Positions 1 through 8,640 of a stretch of DNA of 45,497 nt are shown in pieces. The first letter of the stretch is position 1, and every line of letters starts with the position of its first letter. The DNA is from an uncultured Clostridia bacterium (lineage in GTDB: Bacteria; Acidobacteriota; Blastocatellia; UBA7656). Position numbers and translations under genes: made by a program. The stretch spans positions 1-45,497 of the forward strand of contig CAZOOE010000003.1 in assembly GCA_964581275.1 (NCBI GenBank), read 5' to 3'. The notes beneath the pieces were generated by a model, which did not search any database, had not been told where the DNA came from, and was given only the letters and a program-made list of their open reading frames with translations.

Positions 1-1001
1 GTGTGGGCCGGGCCCAGCCGAGCAGGAGTCGACGAGATAAGCGAAGGAAAGACCGGCGCGCTCGCGAGCCCCATTAAACCCAATCCAAAAAAGCTGAGAT
101 GGCTCGTCACATTTGACCAGATCATCCCCGCACCGAGCGCAATGCCGGCGATGCACCAGCGAACCAGCCTGTGCGCGGGAACGAAACCCGCGACTACACC
201 TGACAGCAAGCGGCCAGCCGACAAGCCGCCCCAATAAAGGCTCACCCACGCGCCAGCCGTCACCATCGAGACGCCGCGGGCTTCAGTGAACATGGTGTAA
301 GCCCACGTACCGGCGGCTGCTTCGATGCCGGTGTAGACGAAAAAGACCGCAACGCTCAACCAGACCGCCGGCAGCTTCAGCGTCGTGATGTTCGACGCGC
401 GCACGACCTTCGCTGTAGAGGCCGGCGCCATCGCGGAAACGGCTCGCCACCATCGACGCGTCACCAGAAAACAAAACGCGAGCGCCAGTTGCCAGGCGCC
501 GACGATCGCGTAACCACTCTGCCACGGACGACGTGCCGCAAGCACGCTTGTCATTATCAACGGTCCTGTAGCCGCGCCGACTCCGTAACACGCGTGCAGC
601 CAATTCACCATACGCGCGCTGAATTGCGTTGCCGCGAATGTGTTCAATCCTGCATCGATCGCTCCCGCCCCAAGCCCCGCCACTATTGCGAGCGTGACGA
701 TCATCAACCATGCCGGGGCAATCGCATAACCAATAAGACTCAGAGCGGTCGCAAGGCAGCTCAGAGTCAGCAGAGTTCCGACGCTCATCACCGAGAGAAG
801 CCGCCCGCTGATGAAGCTCGACACGAGATAGCCGACGGTGAACATCACCAACAACGAGCCTAGCGCATCGAGCGGAAGGTTGAAGTAAGCGCGAATTGAC
901 GGCCACGCGACGCCAATCAGTCCGTCGGGCAGCCCCAGACTTACGAATGCCAGATAGACTAGCCCGACCAGTACTAACCCGGACTTACGACGCCGTGTCA
1001 T
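1..1001 (-). CDS. MFS transporter (3' end runs off the window; missed by the ORF track)
   Basis: Manual translation from ATG at 1001 gives MTRRRKSGLVLVGLVYLAFVSLGLPDGLIGVAWPSIR...GLGAGAIDAGLN...NWLHACYGVGAATGP...FFVYTGIEAAAGTWAY...APVFPSLISSTPARLGPAH. It is an open, multi-TM frame with MFS-type motifs and no stop before base 1. Confidence 0.88.
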   Translation of the reverse strand, partial: MTRRRKSGLVLVGLVYLAFVSLGLPDGLIGVAWPSIRAYFNLPLDALGSLLVMFTVGYLVSSFISGRLLSVMSVGTLLTLSCLATALSLIGYAIAPAWLMIVTLAIVAGLGAGAIDAGLNTFAATQFSARMVNWLHACYGVGAATGPLIMTSVLAARRPWQSGYAIVGAWQLALAFCFLVTRRWWRAVSAMAPASTAKVVRASNITTLKLPAVWLSVAVFFVYTGIEAAAGTWAYTMFTEARGVSMVTAGAWVSLYWGGLSAGRLLSGVVAGFVPAHRLVRWCIAGIALGAGMIWSNVTSHLSFFGLGLMGLASAPVFPSLISSTPARLGPAH

Positions 1002-1185
1002 CGATCAGCTCGTTTCTTCTCATCTCTACCTCGACGTATGACCACGGCTCTGCGCGGTGGTCCCATGAATCACCATCGCGAGCAGTCGCCGAATCAATCT
1101 GAGCTGGCGACCAACGTGTCACGGGGCGATTCCCATCGCGCCCGACGATAACGTAGTAGTTTTGATCTTGAGTCATGGCCGTCAC
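985..1185 (-). CDS. Small hypothetical protein or gene relic
   Basis: A 66-aa ORF fills the gap between the aquaporin fusion and the MFS gene on the same strand. No family recognised. Confidence 0.25.
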   Translation of the reverse strand: MTAMTQDQNYYVIVGRDGNRPVTRWSPAQIDSATARDGDSWDHRAEPWSYVEVEMRRNELIDDTAS

Positions 1186-1189
1186 CAGA

Positions 1190-1665
1190 TTATTCAGCCT
1201 TCGGCGTTGGACGCGTGCCAGCTATGTCCAACCGCATGCGGTACAGCCCGCTTCGAGCGCACAAGTATAATGTCCAGCCGTCTTCATCGCCCCACGCCAT
1301 GTTGTGCGGATGCTTCGGCGCGATGATCGTTCCAAGATGCTTGCGTTCCGCGGAGATCACCCACAGCCCGCCAGGACCAGAAACATACAGATTTTCCGCC
1401 TGATCGACCTTGATTCCATCAAGCGCGTCTTCGCCGGGCGCGCTTGTCATATCAAAGAAGACCTTGCCGTTCGCAAGCGTCCCGTCGGGCTTCGCTTCGT
1501 AACGCATAACGACTTTCTTGTTCTCATCCCAGTCGCCGACATAGAGATACTTTTCGTCGGGCGAGAACGCGATGCCGTCTGGGTGAAATACAACGTTCCG
1601 TCCGAGCGATAAACCAGATCGTGGGGGCTGTTGAGCCGTGAGTTGTCTTTCTTGAGACGACGGGC
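1190..1665 (-). pseudogene. SMP-30/gluconolactonase/LRE family remnant (N-terminus lost, internal deletion and frameshift)
   Basis: RLNSPHDLVYRSDGTLYFT is in one frame and PDGIAFSPDEK follows immediately in another. The segment normally between them is absent. Confidence 0.75.
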
Positions 1666-2512
1666 TCGCCGTTTCATTCAGCAGCTCGCCAAAGTTGCAT
1701 CGAAAGATGCAGCGTTTTGAGTTGTGGTGATGCAGCTTGGCGCAGAACACGCGGTGCTCGCCCTTGAGCCGCAGGTAAACCTCCGCCGCCAGCAGCATTC
1801 CTATCGGCGGCGCAGTGAAGTAAATCCATAGCGCCGTCCAGACTCCCGCCGGCGCGGCCGACGCCAGAGTCCGTGCGGGGTTCATACTCATTCCGGAAAG
1901 CGGCGCTTCGATGCTGATGTAAGTCGTCACCAGTGCGCCTACGAAAAAGCCGGTGTAGCGCGCAAGGCGTTCAACGTTCGACACGCGCAACACGACCGAA
2001 ATTAGAATAAATGTGATCAAGACCTCGGCGACGAATGCGACCACCTCACCCTTCGGTCCTGGTGTCGTCGCGACGTAATTGACGTTTGGGTGGGCGATCA
2101 AACTTCCAAACATGATTTGTAAAATGATCACGCCTGCGAGTCCGCCCGCGAACTGAGACAGCGGGTAGAACACTGCGTCCCACCGTTCAACTTTTCCAAG
2201 CCGCCAAAAGGTCAGCGTCGTCGCGGGGTTCAGGTGCGAGCCGGAACGTTTCCCCCACGGCGAATAAATGTTGAGGATCGCCGTCACTCCCATCGCCGCG
2301 CCGAACAACACGCGTCTGAGCGTTGCAACCTGGATCATCTGGTGAACCGGCGAGGAGGGATGTTCAAGGACAACGCCGACCGAACACGCCGAAACCATGA
2401 ACAACCCGAGCCCAAAAGCTTCCATCAGGTACTCGGGCCAGTGGCGGCGCAAGGCGTCGATCGCCGTAGTCGGGATAGCAAAAGTTCGTTCATTCATCGT
2501 CGCTGTACTCAT
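1190..2512 (-). CDS. MIP/aquaporin-family channel read through into a C-terminal SMP-30/gluconolactonase fragment
   Basis: Two NPA motifs (HLNPATT, SMNPART), hydrophobic helices and a CAKLHHHNSKRCIFRC tail. The last ~130 aa (PDGIAFSPDEKYLYV, DGIKVD..NLYVSGPGG, NMAWGD) are beta-propeller lactonase blades. Confidence 0.85.
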   Translation of the reverse strand: MSTATMNERTFAIPTTAIDALRRHWPEYLMEAFGLGLFMVSACSVGVVLEHPSSPVHQMIQVATLRRVLFGAAMGVTAILNIYSPWGKRSGSHLNPATTLTFWRLGKVERWDAVFYPLSQFAGGLAGVIILQIMFGSLIAHPNVNYVATTPGPKGEVVAFVAEVLITFILISVVLRVSNVERLARYTGFFVGALVTTYISIEAPLSGMSMNPARTLASAAPAGVWTALWIYFTAPPIGMLLAAEVYLRLKGEHRVFCAKLHHHNSKRCIFRCNFGELLNETASPSSQERQLTAQQPPRSGLSLGRNVVFHPDGIAFSPDEKYLYVGDWDENKKVVMRYEAKPDGTLANGKVFFDMTSAPGEDALDGIKVDQAENLYVSGPGGLWVISAERKHLGTIIAPKHPHNMAWGDEDGWTLYLCARSGLYRMRLDIAGTRPTPKAE

Positions 2513-2773
2513 CGTTCACTCGCGCAATGAATCTGTTGCGAACTCTTCATCCGCTCCTCGCACACTGTTTCAATGATCACCGACCGGATAAATATTCCCC
2601 TGGCGCCCGGTTGGATTCGCTGCCGACAAATCTGGATTCCAGAAGCGTCGTTAGCCCAAAGGAGGGAGGCGACGGGGAGTGAAGCACGGCAGGAAAGAGA
2701 GGAGGGTTGTTCTTTTGGTAGGGACGACTGATCGACTCAGTGTGTCAAACCGCTAGTATCCCGGGTCGGACAT

Positions 2774-2971
2774 CTAAGCTCCCGCGTCCATGCCGTCGGG
2801 TAGCTCCGACTCGAATTTGATGTACGCGCCTACCTCGTCGGGCGTGCGCGGATGAAACTCGGGAACGATGACTCGGCCGTACATGTCCACCTCGAAGCCG
2901 TGCAGCTCGCTTCGGCTGTAGTGACTTTGTTCGATAAGTCCGGGTAGCCTCGTTTCTTCTGCGCTCATCAT
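2774..2971 (-). CDS. Small acidic hypothetical protein
   Basis: Strong RBS GGAGGT about 8 nt before ATG 2971, directly downstream of the S8 gene. No family recognised. Confidence 0.45.
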   Translation of the reverse strand: MMSAEETRLPGLIEQSHYSRSELHGFEVDMYGRVIVPEFHPRTPDEVGAYIKFESELPDGMDAGA

Positions 2972-2989
2972 TGTCAATTACCTCCGGCG

Positions 2990-4480
2990 TCATGAGATAT
3001 GCAGGATGGAATTGAAGCCGCCGTATTCGTCAGGCTCCTTCATAGCGTTCGCAGGATCCTCGATCCATCGCTCGCCGTTCACCACTAGTTTGTAGCGATA
3101 GCGGCCTGGCGGGAGAAGGTCGATCCGTGCCCGCCAGACGCCGTCACCGTTCCTCTCACATTGAGTCGCCGTTGAGATCCATCCGTTGAAGTCACCAGCC
3201 AGCGCGACGCTCTCAGCTGCGTCATTGTGATATGTAAACTCGAGCTTGCTACTGTTCACCCTTGGCGGACAGAAGAATATGGCCTCGCCTTCGTGTCGCT
3301 CCCGCGCCGCTTCTTCAACCGCGCGGCTCGCGTTGAGCACGCCGAAGCCTTGACGCATCGCGGGCGCTCCCTGAATTCGATCAGCGGTCGATATCAGGAT
3401 GTGCTTGACCGCGGCGGGGCCGAGGCGTGGATTTGCTTCGAGCATCTGCGCAACCACCGAAGCAACGATCGGCGCAGCGAATGAGGTCCCGTCCACATGC
3501 TGATAATGGGTCGCTACTATCTTGTTCTCTCGAAGGAACGATTCAACCTCAGCCCGGATTGTCCCGATAGGTAACTGGCGCATAGCGTCGCCGAGTCCCG
3601 AGCGCTTCCACAGTTCGACGACATTCTTCTTTGAATTACCGGAGGGCCGCGCAATCTGTTCGAGCAAATAGTCCGGGGCCGACGCAAGTTGCGAGAGCGC
3701 TTCCGCTCTATCGTAAACATCCGTGCCTGGGAGAATCGGCGCGGCAACCCACATCGCCGGTGCTATGATTTCCGGTTTTATGATTCCGTCAGCGGTCGGG
3801 CCATAGCTTGAACAGTACAGATCGAGAGCGCCATCGAGCTGGTTGTTGTCGTGATAGCCGCCGACGGTTATCACGAATGGCGAGTTCGCCGGCGGCACGG
3901 TGCGATGGTCTTCCGTGCAACCACTGTTGCCGGCCGCGACTACGACGATAATACCGGCTTTCAGGGCGTCTTCGGCTGCTTGATCGACCGCATTCGTGGT
4001 GTAGGAAACGTCTTGATCGCCGCCCAGCGAGATGCTCACGATCCGAATGTTGAAGCGCTCTTTGTTCTCGATGACCCATCGCAGCCCGCGCTCGATGTTC
4101 GGCTCAGTGATCTTTCCGTTTTCGCCGACCTTTACCAGAACGATTTGAGCCTCAGACGCTAGACCTCGATAGACTCCGTCTGACAAGTAGCCGTTTCCCG
4201 CAGCGGCAACTGAGGTCATCGTGCCGTGCCAGTCGGACTCTTCTGGCATCTTGTTTGACTTGAGATTTGCGCGGGGATTCGCGATGTCTTTGTATGCAAC
4301 GATCCGGCTGACCGGCTGAGTCAAATCTGCATGCGGATAGAACCCTGAGTCAAGAAGAGCCATCGTCACGCCCCGCCCCGCGCGATCCGAGTCGGCGCCC
4401 AGTCGCGACGCGGTTGGCACTACCGCAAAGCGATTCTCGGAGTGACTGTGTTCATGTTCTCGATCGGTAGCGTTGACCAT
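2990..4480 (-). CDS. S8 (subtilisin/AprX-like) serine peptidase with C-terminal CBM48/AMPK-beta-type glycogen-binding domain
   Basis: Catalytic motifs ALLDSG, WHGTMT, AAGNSG and GTSFAAP. C-terminus VALAGDFNGW...GVW...LPPGRYRYKLVVNGERWIEDPAN...GGFNS. ATG 4480 is preferred over the ORF-track start at 4609. Confidence 0.9.
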   Translation of the reverse strand: MVNATDREHEHSHSENRFAVVPTASRLGADSDRAGRGVTMALLDSGFYPHADLTQPVSRIVAYKDIANPRANLKSNKMPEESDWHGTMTSVAAAGNGYLSDGVYRGLASEAQIVLVKVGENGKITEPNIERGLRWVIENKERFNIRIVSISLGGDQDVSYTTNAVDQAAEDALKAGIIVVVAAGNSGCTEDHRTVPPANSPFVITVGGYHDNNQLDGALDLYCSSYGPTADGIIKPEIIAPAMWVAAPILPGTDVYDRAEALSQLASAPDYLLEQIARPSGNSKKNVVELWKRSGLGDAMRQLPIGTIRAEVESFLRENKIVATHYQHVDGTSFAAPIVASVVAQMLEANPRLGPAAVKHILISTADRIQGAPAMRQGFGVLNASRAVEEAARERHEGEAIFFCPPRVNSSKLEFTYHNDAAESVALAGDFNGWISTATQCERNGDGVWRARIDLLPPGRYRYKLVVNGERWIEDPANAMKEPDEYGGFNSILHIS

Positions 4481-4769
4481 GCTATTCCAACCAGCGGCGT
4501 ATTCTGTTGGGCTCCTCAATAGGCGTCCCACGCCTCCAGCCGAATAATGCGCGTTTGCTGACAATATATTCCCGGACAGCCGAATGCTGATTTCGGTCCG
4601 CGGATTCACTCAGTGACCTTGAAAGGGTTGGAAGAAATCGAGAGTGATTACGTCATTCAAAAGACGCGTGAACAAAAATCCGGAACCCGGGCAGAGCCGA
4701 CAGTCGAATATGAAACGCCACGCCTAGCATTCTCCCGAGCGAAATGTGTCCGCGAAAGCGTCCCCAAAT

Positions 4770-4800
4770 GATTAGAGCCACCGTGAGGGTGGCTCTAATC
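4770..4800 (-). terminator. 13-bp perfect hairpin just downstream of the tRNA fragment (probable terminator)
   Basis: GATTAGAGCCACC-gtgag-GGTGGCTCTAATC, with only a short U tract. Confidence 0.6.
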
Positions 4801-4814
4801 TACTGATTCTAAAG

Positions 4815-4859
4815 TGAGCCGTGGAGGGCTCGAACCTGCGACCCGCTGATTAAGAGTCA
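4815..4859 (-). tRNA. 3' half of tRNA-Lys(CTT), non-functional; probable att site
   Basis: The minus strand reads TGA-CTCTTAA-TCAGC GGGTC GCAGG-TTCGAGC-CCTCC ACGGCTC A: anticodon loop CTT, T-loop and 3' acceptor strand. There is no D-arm or 5' acceptor strand upstream, and the T-stem has one mismatch. Confidence 0.85.
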
Positions 4860-4971
4860 CGTCGCGGGTTTATGCGAAAGCTTCGTTTCAACCGCAACTA
4901 CTAGCATCTGTTACAGGTTACAGCCTCTGGCCATCGCGAGGACTACTGCGTCATTCGGCTGATTTCTGCGA

Positions 4972-4994
4972 AAGATTGTCACAAGATTGTCCAC
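4972..4994. repeat. Tandem direct repeat AAGATTGTC(C)AC x2, candidate integrase arm-type sites
   Basis: AAGATTGTCAC-AAGATTGTCCAC lies about 110 bp from the tRNA fragment. The function is inferred from position. Confidence 0.45.
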
Positions 4995-5293
4995 AGGCAT
5001 CGGGCTGCCTGATGCTCCTCCAGTTCTCCTAAAGTACTTCCAATGCAACCGCAGCAGACTCGACTACAAATGGGCGATAGCCAACAATCTTCCGATCGGC
5101 TCCGGACCCGTAGAGTCCGCTATCAGCCACATCATCCAACAAGGTCTCAAGCAGTCCGGAATGCGTTGGTCGGATCCTGGAGCACAATCGATTCTCGATC
5201 TCAGGACCCTACACCGCAACGGAGATTCTGCACAATACTGGGAAACCTTAGCCGCGAAGGCGGCGTAACGAGTAACTTTGGCGTCGCGCACCC
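4987..5293 (+). mobile_element. ISKra4/ISLre2-like (UPF0236) transposase C-terminal remnant with possible right end
   Basis: YF..N.SRLDY...NLPIGSGPVESA...LKQSGMRW...GAQSILDLR...NG matches the DDE-Glu region of these transposases. It is followed by ...GTCGCGCACCC, which resembles an IS end. Confidence 0.8.
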
Positions 5294-5369
5294 CTTGTCA
5301 GCTACTCAATTTCCTCAATCGCACGCATAATGCTAATTCAGTTAGAAACTCGCACCAACGTTGTTTCTC

Positions 5370-8300
5370 ATGATTGGCGAAAGAAGGCGCGTCCTGATTC
5401 TTCAATTGATCGCGGCTCTTGCCATGGTGCAAGCAGTCGAGCGGTCAACCTCTGCCGAGAGACTTCCAATAAAGAACTACACAACCGCCGACGGCCTGGC
5501 GCATAACGTGGTCAATCGCGTTGTGCGGGACTCGCGCGGCTTCCTCTGGTTCTGCACGCGCGAGGGCCTGTCGCGCTTTGACGGCTACAGCTTTACCAAT
5601 TATGGCATAGAGCAGGGGCTGCCCTCGGCCATTGTCAATGACCTGTTAGAGACGCGCGAAGGTCAGTACTGGGTGGCGACGGCTGCCGGCCTTTGCCGTT
5701 TCGATCCCCTCGGAAGACCGCAGGCACGTAATAGCGACGCGGGCGAAAAGCACGATGCGCCGGATGCGATGTTCACGGTCTACCGTTCGGCTGAAGACCC
5801 CAGATCACAGCACGTCCTCACACTGTTGCAGGATCGCGCGGGCCGGATCTGGTGCGGCACACGCAATGGCCTCTATCAAGTAGAAACCGCTGCCGGTGAC
5901 GTCAGTGTCTCATCGGTTGATCTGGGCATCCCGGATTATCTCGAATCCAGATTCATCGAGTGTCTGATTGAAGATCGGTCGGGGACATTGTGGGTCGGCT
6001 CACAACGCGGCCTTTATCGGCGACGCCCCGATGGATACGTCGAAGCTTATTCCACCAGGGATGGATTGCCGAATAACAGAATCCACTCGTTGTTCGAGGA
6101 TCGCGAGGGGCGGATCTGGGTTGGCACAAGGGCCGGAGGCCTATGCCGTCTGGTGTCTGACCCGACTCCGGGCCGGGCGGTGGTGGCGCGCGCTTACACC
6201 GACAAAGATGGTTTGACTGCCATGTGGATCAACCAGTTGTTTCAAGCTTCTGACGGCGGGCTGTGGGCCGGCGGTACCAAGGGGCTGATCCAGTTCATAC
6301 CGACCCCCGATGGCCGCGACTTTCGGTTTCGAGTCTACGCCGAAGCTCACGGCTTGAGCTATCACGAGGTTGGATCGCTCGCGGAAGATCACGATGGAAA
6401 TCTTTGGCTGGGAATGCTCAATGGCGGGGCGGCCAAACTCGCCCGCAACAGCTTTACAACCTTTGGTAAGGCGGATGGCTTTTACTCCGCCGCGGCAATT
6501 TTTGAGACGCGAGCCGGAGACCTTATGGTGTTCGGCACACCCGGCGACAGAGAGTGGTTCCTCAATCGCTTCGACGGGGAGAAATTCACATCTATTCGCC
6601 CGCAATTCTCGGAGAGCGTTCAGAAGTACGAATCTGGATGGGGATGGAACCAGACTGTGGTTGAAGATCACTTGGGAGAGTGGTGGATCGCGATGGCTAT
6701 TGGGGTTTGCCGCTTCCCGAAAGTCAGCCAACCAGAGCAGCTCGCCCACACCCCGCCGAAGGCCGTCTATACGACTCGCGACGGATTGGCCGCCGACAGC
6801 ACCCTGCGTCTGTTCGAGGATTCACGCGGCGACATCTGGATAAGCGCAGTTGGGGAGGGAAATAGCCCGAATGGGCTGTCGAGGTGGGGGCGGCGGGCCG
6901 GCGCTTTTCATCACTACTCAGAACAAGCTGGTCTACCGAACCTCGACACGTTCTACGTCTCATCGTTTGCAGAGGACCGCGGCGGCAATCTCTGGATCGG
7001 CTTCAGCGGCGACGGTGGGCTGGTGTGCTACCGCGATCAAAGCTTCACTCGCTTCACCGCTTCTGACGGCGTGCCCGCTGGGCAGATTCGCAACCTGTTG
7101 ATTGATTCAGCGGGCCGGCTGTGGGTGCCGAGCTATCGAGGCGGACTGAGCCGCATGGACGATCCGTCGTCAGAGCGGCCCACATTGGTAACCTACACAA
7201 CTGCCGAGGGTCTCTCGAGCAATGAAGTCGCCGCCGTGAGCGAAGACCAGTGGGGGCGCATCTACATCGGCACGGGGCGCGGTCTTGACCGGCTCGACCC
7301 GGTGAACGGCCACATCAAGCATTACACCACCGCCGACGGTTTGCCGCTCGGCGAAATACAAGCCGCCTGGCGTGATTGCCGGGGCGCGCTGTGGTTCAGC
7401 TTTCCAAGCGGGCTTGCCCGCCTGGTTCCGCGACCCGATCCGCCGCCGGCGCCGCCGCCGATTGTGATTACGGGCTTGCGCATTGCCGGCGATGCGCAGG
7501 TAATTTCAGCGCTCGGCGAAACCGAAATTACTTCGGTTGCGCTTGGTCCAGATAAGAATGAACTGCAGATTGACTTCGTGGCTTTAGGGTTCAGCCCCGG
7601 CGAAGGCTTGCGTTACCAGTATCGGCTCGAAGGCGCGGGCACGGATTGGAGCGCGCTCGCTGACGGGCGCACGGTGAACTTCGCCAACCTGGCGCCGGGC
7701 CGCTACCGCTTCCTGGTACGCGCCATAAATTCCGAAGGCATATTGAGCGAAACGCCCGCGAGCCTGACGTTCACTATCCTGGCGCCGATCTGGCAGCGAT
7801 GGTGGTTCGTGTCTCTCGCAGCAGTCCTGGCTCTGATGATGGTCTATTCAATCTATCGTTATCAACTAGCGCAGAAAATTAGAATCGAGCAAGTCCGCAC
7901 ACGCATCGCCGCTGACCTGCACGACGACATCGGCGCGAATCTGACGACGATTTCCGTCCTCAGCGAAGTTGTGCGCCAACAGATTGACGGCGCCGCCGCC
8001 GTTGTCGACGCGCCGCTTTCGTCTATCGCACGGCTTTCGCGAGAGTCGGTCTCTTCGATGAGCGATATCGTCTGGGCCATCAACCCGAAGAAAGATTCGC
8101 TGCGCGACCTGACCCGCCGCATGCGAGGTTTCGCGGCCGATACCTTTACCTCGCGCGACATAGATTTTGAATTTCAGCCACCAGCTGCGGGTCTGGATTT
8201 GAAGTTGGAAGCGGATGTGCGCCGCACGGTTTATCTGATTTTCAAAGAAGCGGTCAATAACGTTGCCCGACACTCGGCCTGCGCAAAGGCCAGGATTGAT

Positions 8301-8519
8301 ATTCACGTCAAAGGCGCGCGACTGGTGTTGAAAATCGCCGACGACGGCAACGGATTCGATGCGGCAATAGCGGAGGACGGCAATGGCTTGGCGAGCATGC
8401 AAAAGCGAGCGAAGGACTGCGGGGGCGAGGTGAATGTTTCTTCAGACCCTGCTCACGGCACCACCATCACACTGCAACTTCCTACCCGTGGGTTAACGGG
8501 GAAACCGCAGAGGGGATAA
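5370..8519 (+). CDS. Sensor histidine kinase: periplasmic beta-propeller (Reg_prop) repeats, Y_Y_Y domain, TM, HisKA_3, HATPase
   Basis: Repeated 'YT..DGL....V..L.ED..G.LW.GT..GL' blades; YQYRLEG...FANLAPGRYRFLVRA; TM after PIWQRWWF; H-box IAADLHDDIG; N-box KEAVNNVARHS; DDGNGF. Confidence 0.95.
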   Translation: MIGERRRVLILQLIAALAMVQAVERSTSAERLPIKNYTTADGLAHNVVNRVVRDSRGFLWFCTREGLSRFDGYSFTNYGIEQGLPSAIVNDLLETREGQYWVATAAGLCRFDPLGRPQARNSDAGEKHDAPDAMFTVYRSAEDPRSQHVLTLLQDRAGRIWCGTRNGLYQVETAAGDVSVSSVDLGIPDYLESRFIECLIEDRSGTLWVGSQRGLYRRRPDGYVEAYSTRDGLPNNRIHSLFEDREGRIWVGTRAGGLCRLVSDPTPGRAVVARAYTDKDGLTAMWINQLFQASDGGLWAGGTKGLIQFIPTPDGRDFRFRVYAEAHGLSYHEVGSLAEDHDGNLWLGMLNGGAAKLARNSFTTFGKADGFYSAAAIFETRAGDLMVFGTPGDREWFLNRFDGEKFTSIRPQFSESVQKYESGWGWNQTVVEDHLGEWWIAMAIGVCRFPKVSQPEQLAHTPPKAVYTTRDGLAADSTLRLFEDSRGDIWISAVGEGNSPNGLSRWGRRAGAFHHYSEQAGLPNLDTFYVSSFAEDRGGNLWIGFSGDGGLVCYRDQSFTRFTASDGVPAGQIRNLLIDSAGRLWVPSYRGGLSRMDDPSSERPTLVTYTTAEGLSSNEVAAVSEDQWGRIYIGTGRGLDRLDPVNGHIKHYTTADGLPLGEIQAAWRDCRGALWFSFPSGLARLVPRPDPPPAPPPIVITGLRIAGDAQVISALGETEITSVALGPDKNELQIDFVALGFSPGEGLRYQYRLEGAGTDWSALADGRTVNFANLAPGRYRFLVRAINSEGILSETPASLTFTILAPIWQRWWFVSLAAVLALMMVYSIYRYQLAQKIRIEQVRTRIAADLHDDIGANLTTISVLSEVVRQQIDGAAAVVDAPLSSIARLSRESVSSMSDIVWAINPKKDSLRDLTRRMRGFAADTFTSRDIDFEFQPPAAGLDLKLEADVRRTVYLIFKEAVNNVARHSACAKARIDIHVKGARLVLKIADDGNGFDAAIAEDGNGLASMQKRAKDCGGEVNVSSDPAHGTTITLQLPTRGLTGKPQRG

Positions 8520-8557
8520 TTTTTTAGTCTTCAATTGCGTTTTTGCCTTAAACGCAC

Positions 8558-8603
8558 CCTGCTTATTTGAGCGGGTGACCGGCCGCCCGAAAAGTTATAC
8601 ACT
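8558..8603 (+). promoter_or_regulatory. Candidate response-regulator box abutting a sigma70-type promoter of the regulator gene
   Basis: Imperfect palindrome CCTGCTTA-TT-TGAGCGGG (8558-8575), followed by GTGACC-N17-TACACT. Confidence 0.5.
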
Positions 8604-8640
8604 GCGATCGCTTCGTACTCCGGAGTCAGGGCTTTGCAAT

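Noticed and set aside
283-906. 207-aa minus ORF and overlapping plus ORFs
   Set aside because: These are shadow frames of the MFS gene, which lies in a different minus frame.
4481-4609. N-terminal extension of the S8 protease
   Set aside because: It has a non-ATG start, is not signal-peptide-like and shows no recognisable domain; ATG 4480 is more plausible.
4815-4890. Intact tRNA-Lys gene
   Set aside because: There is no D-arm or 5' acceptor strand, the anticodon stem is broken on its 5' side and the T-stem is mismatched.
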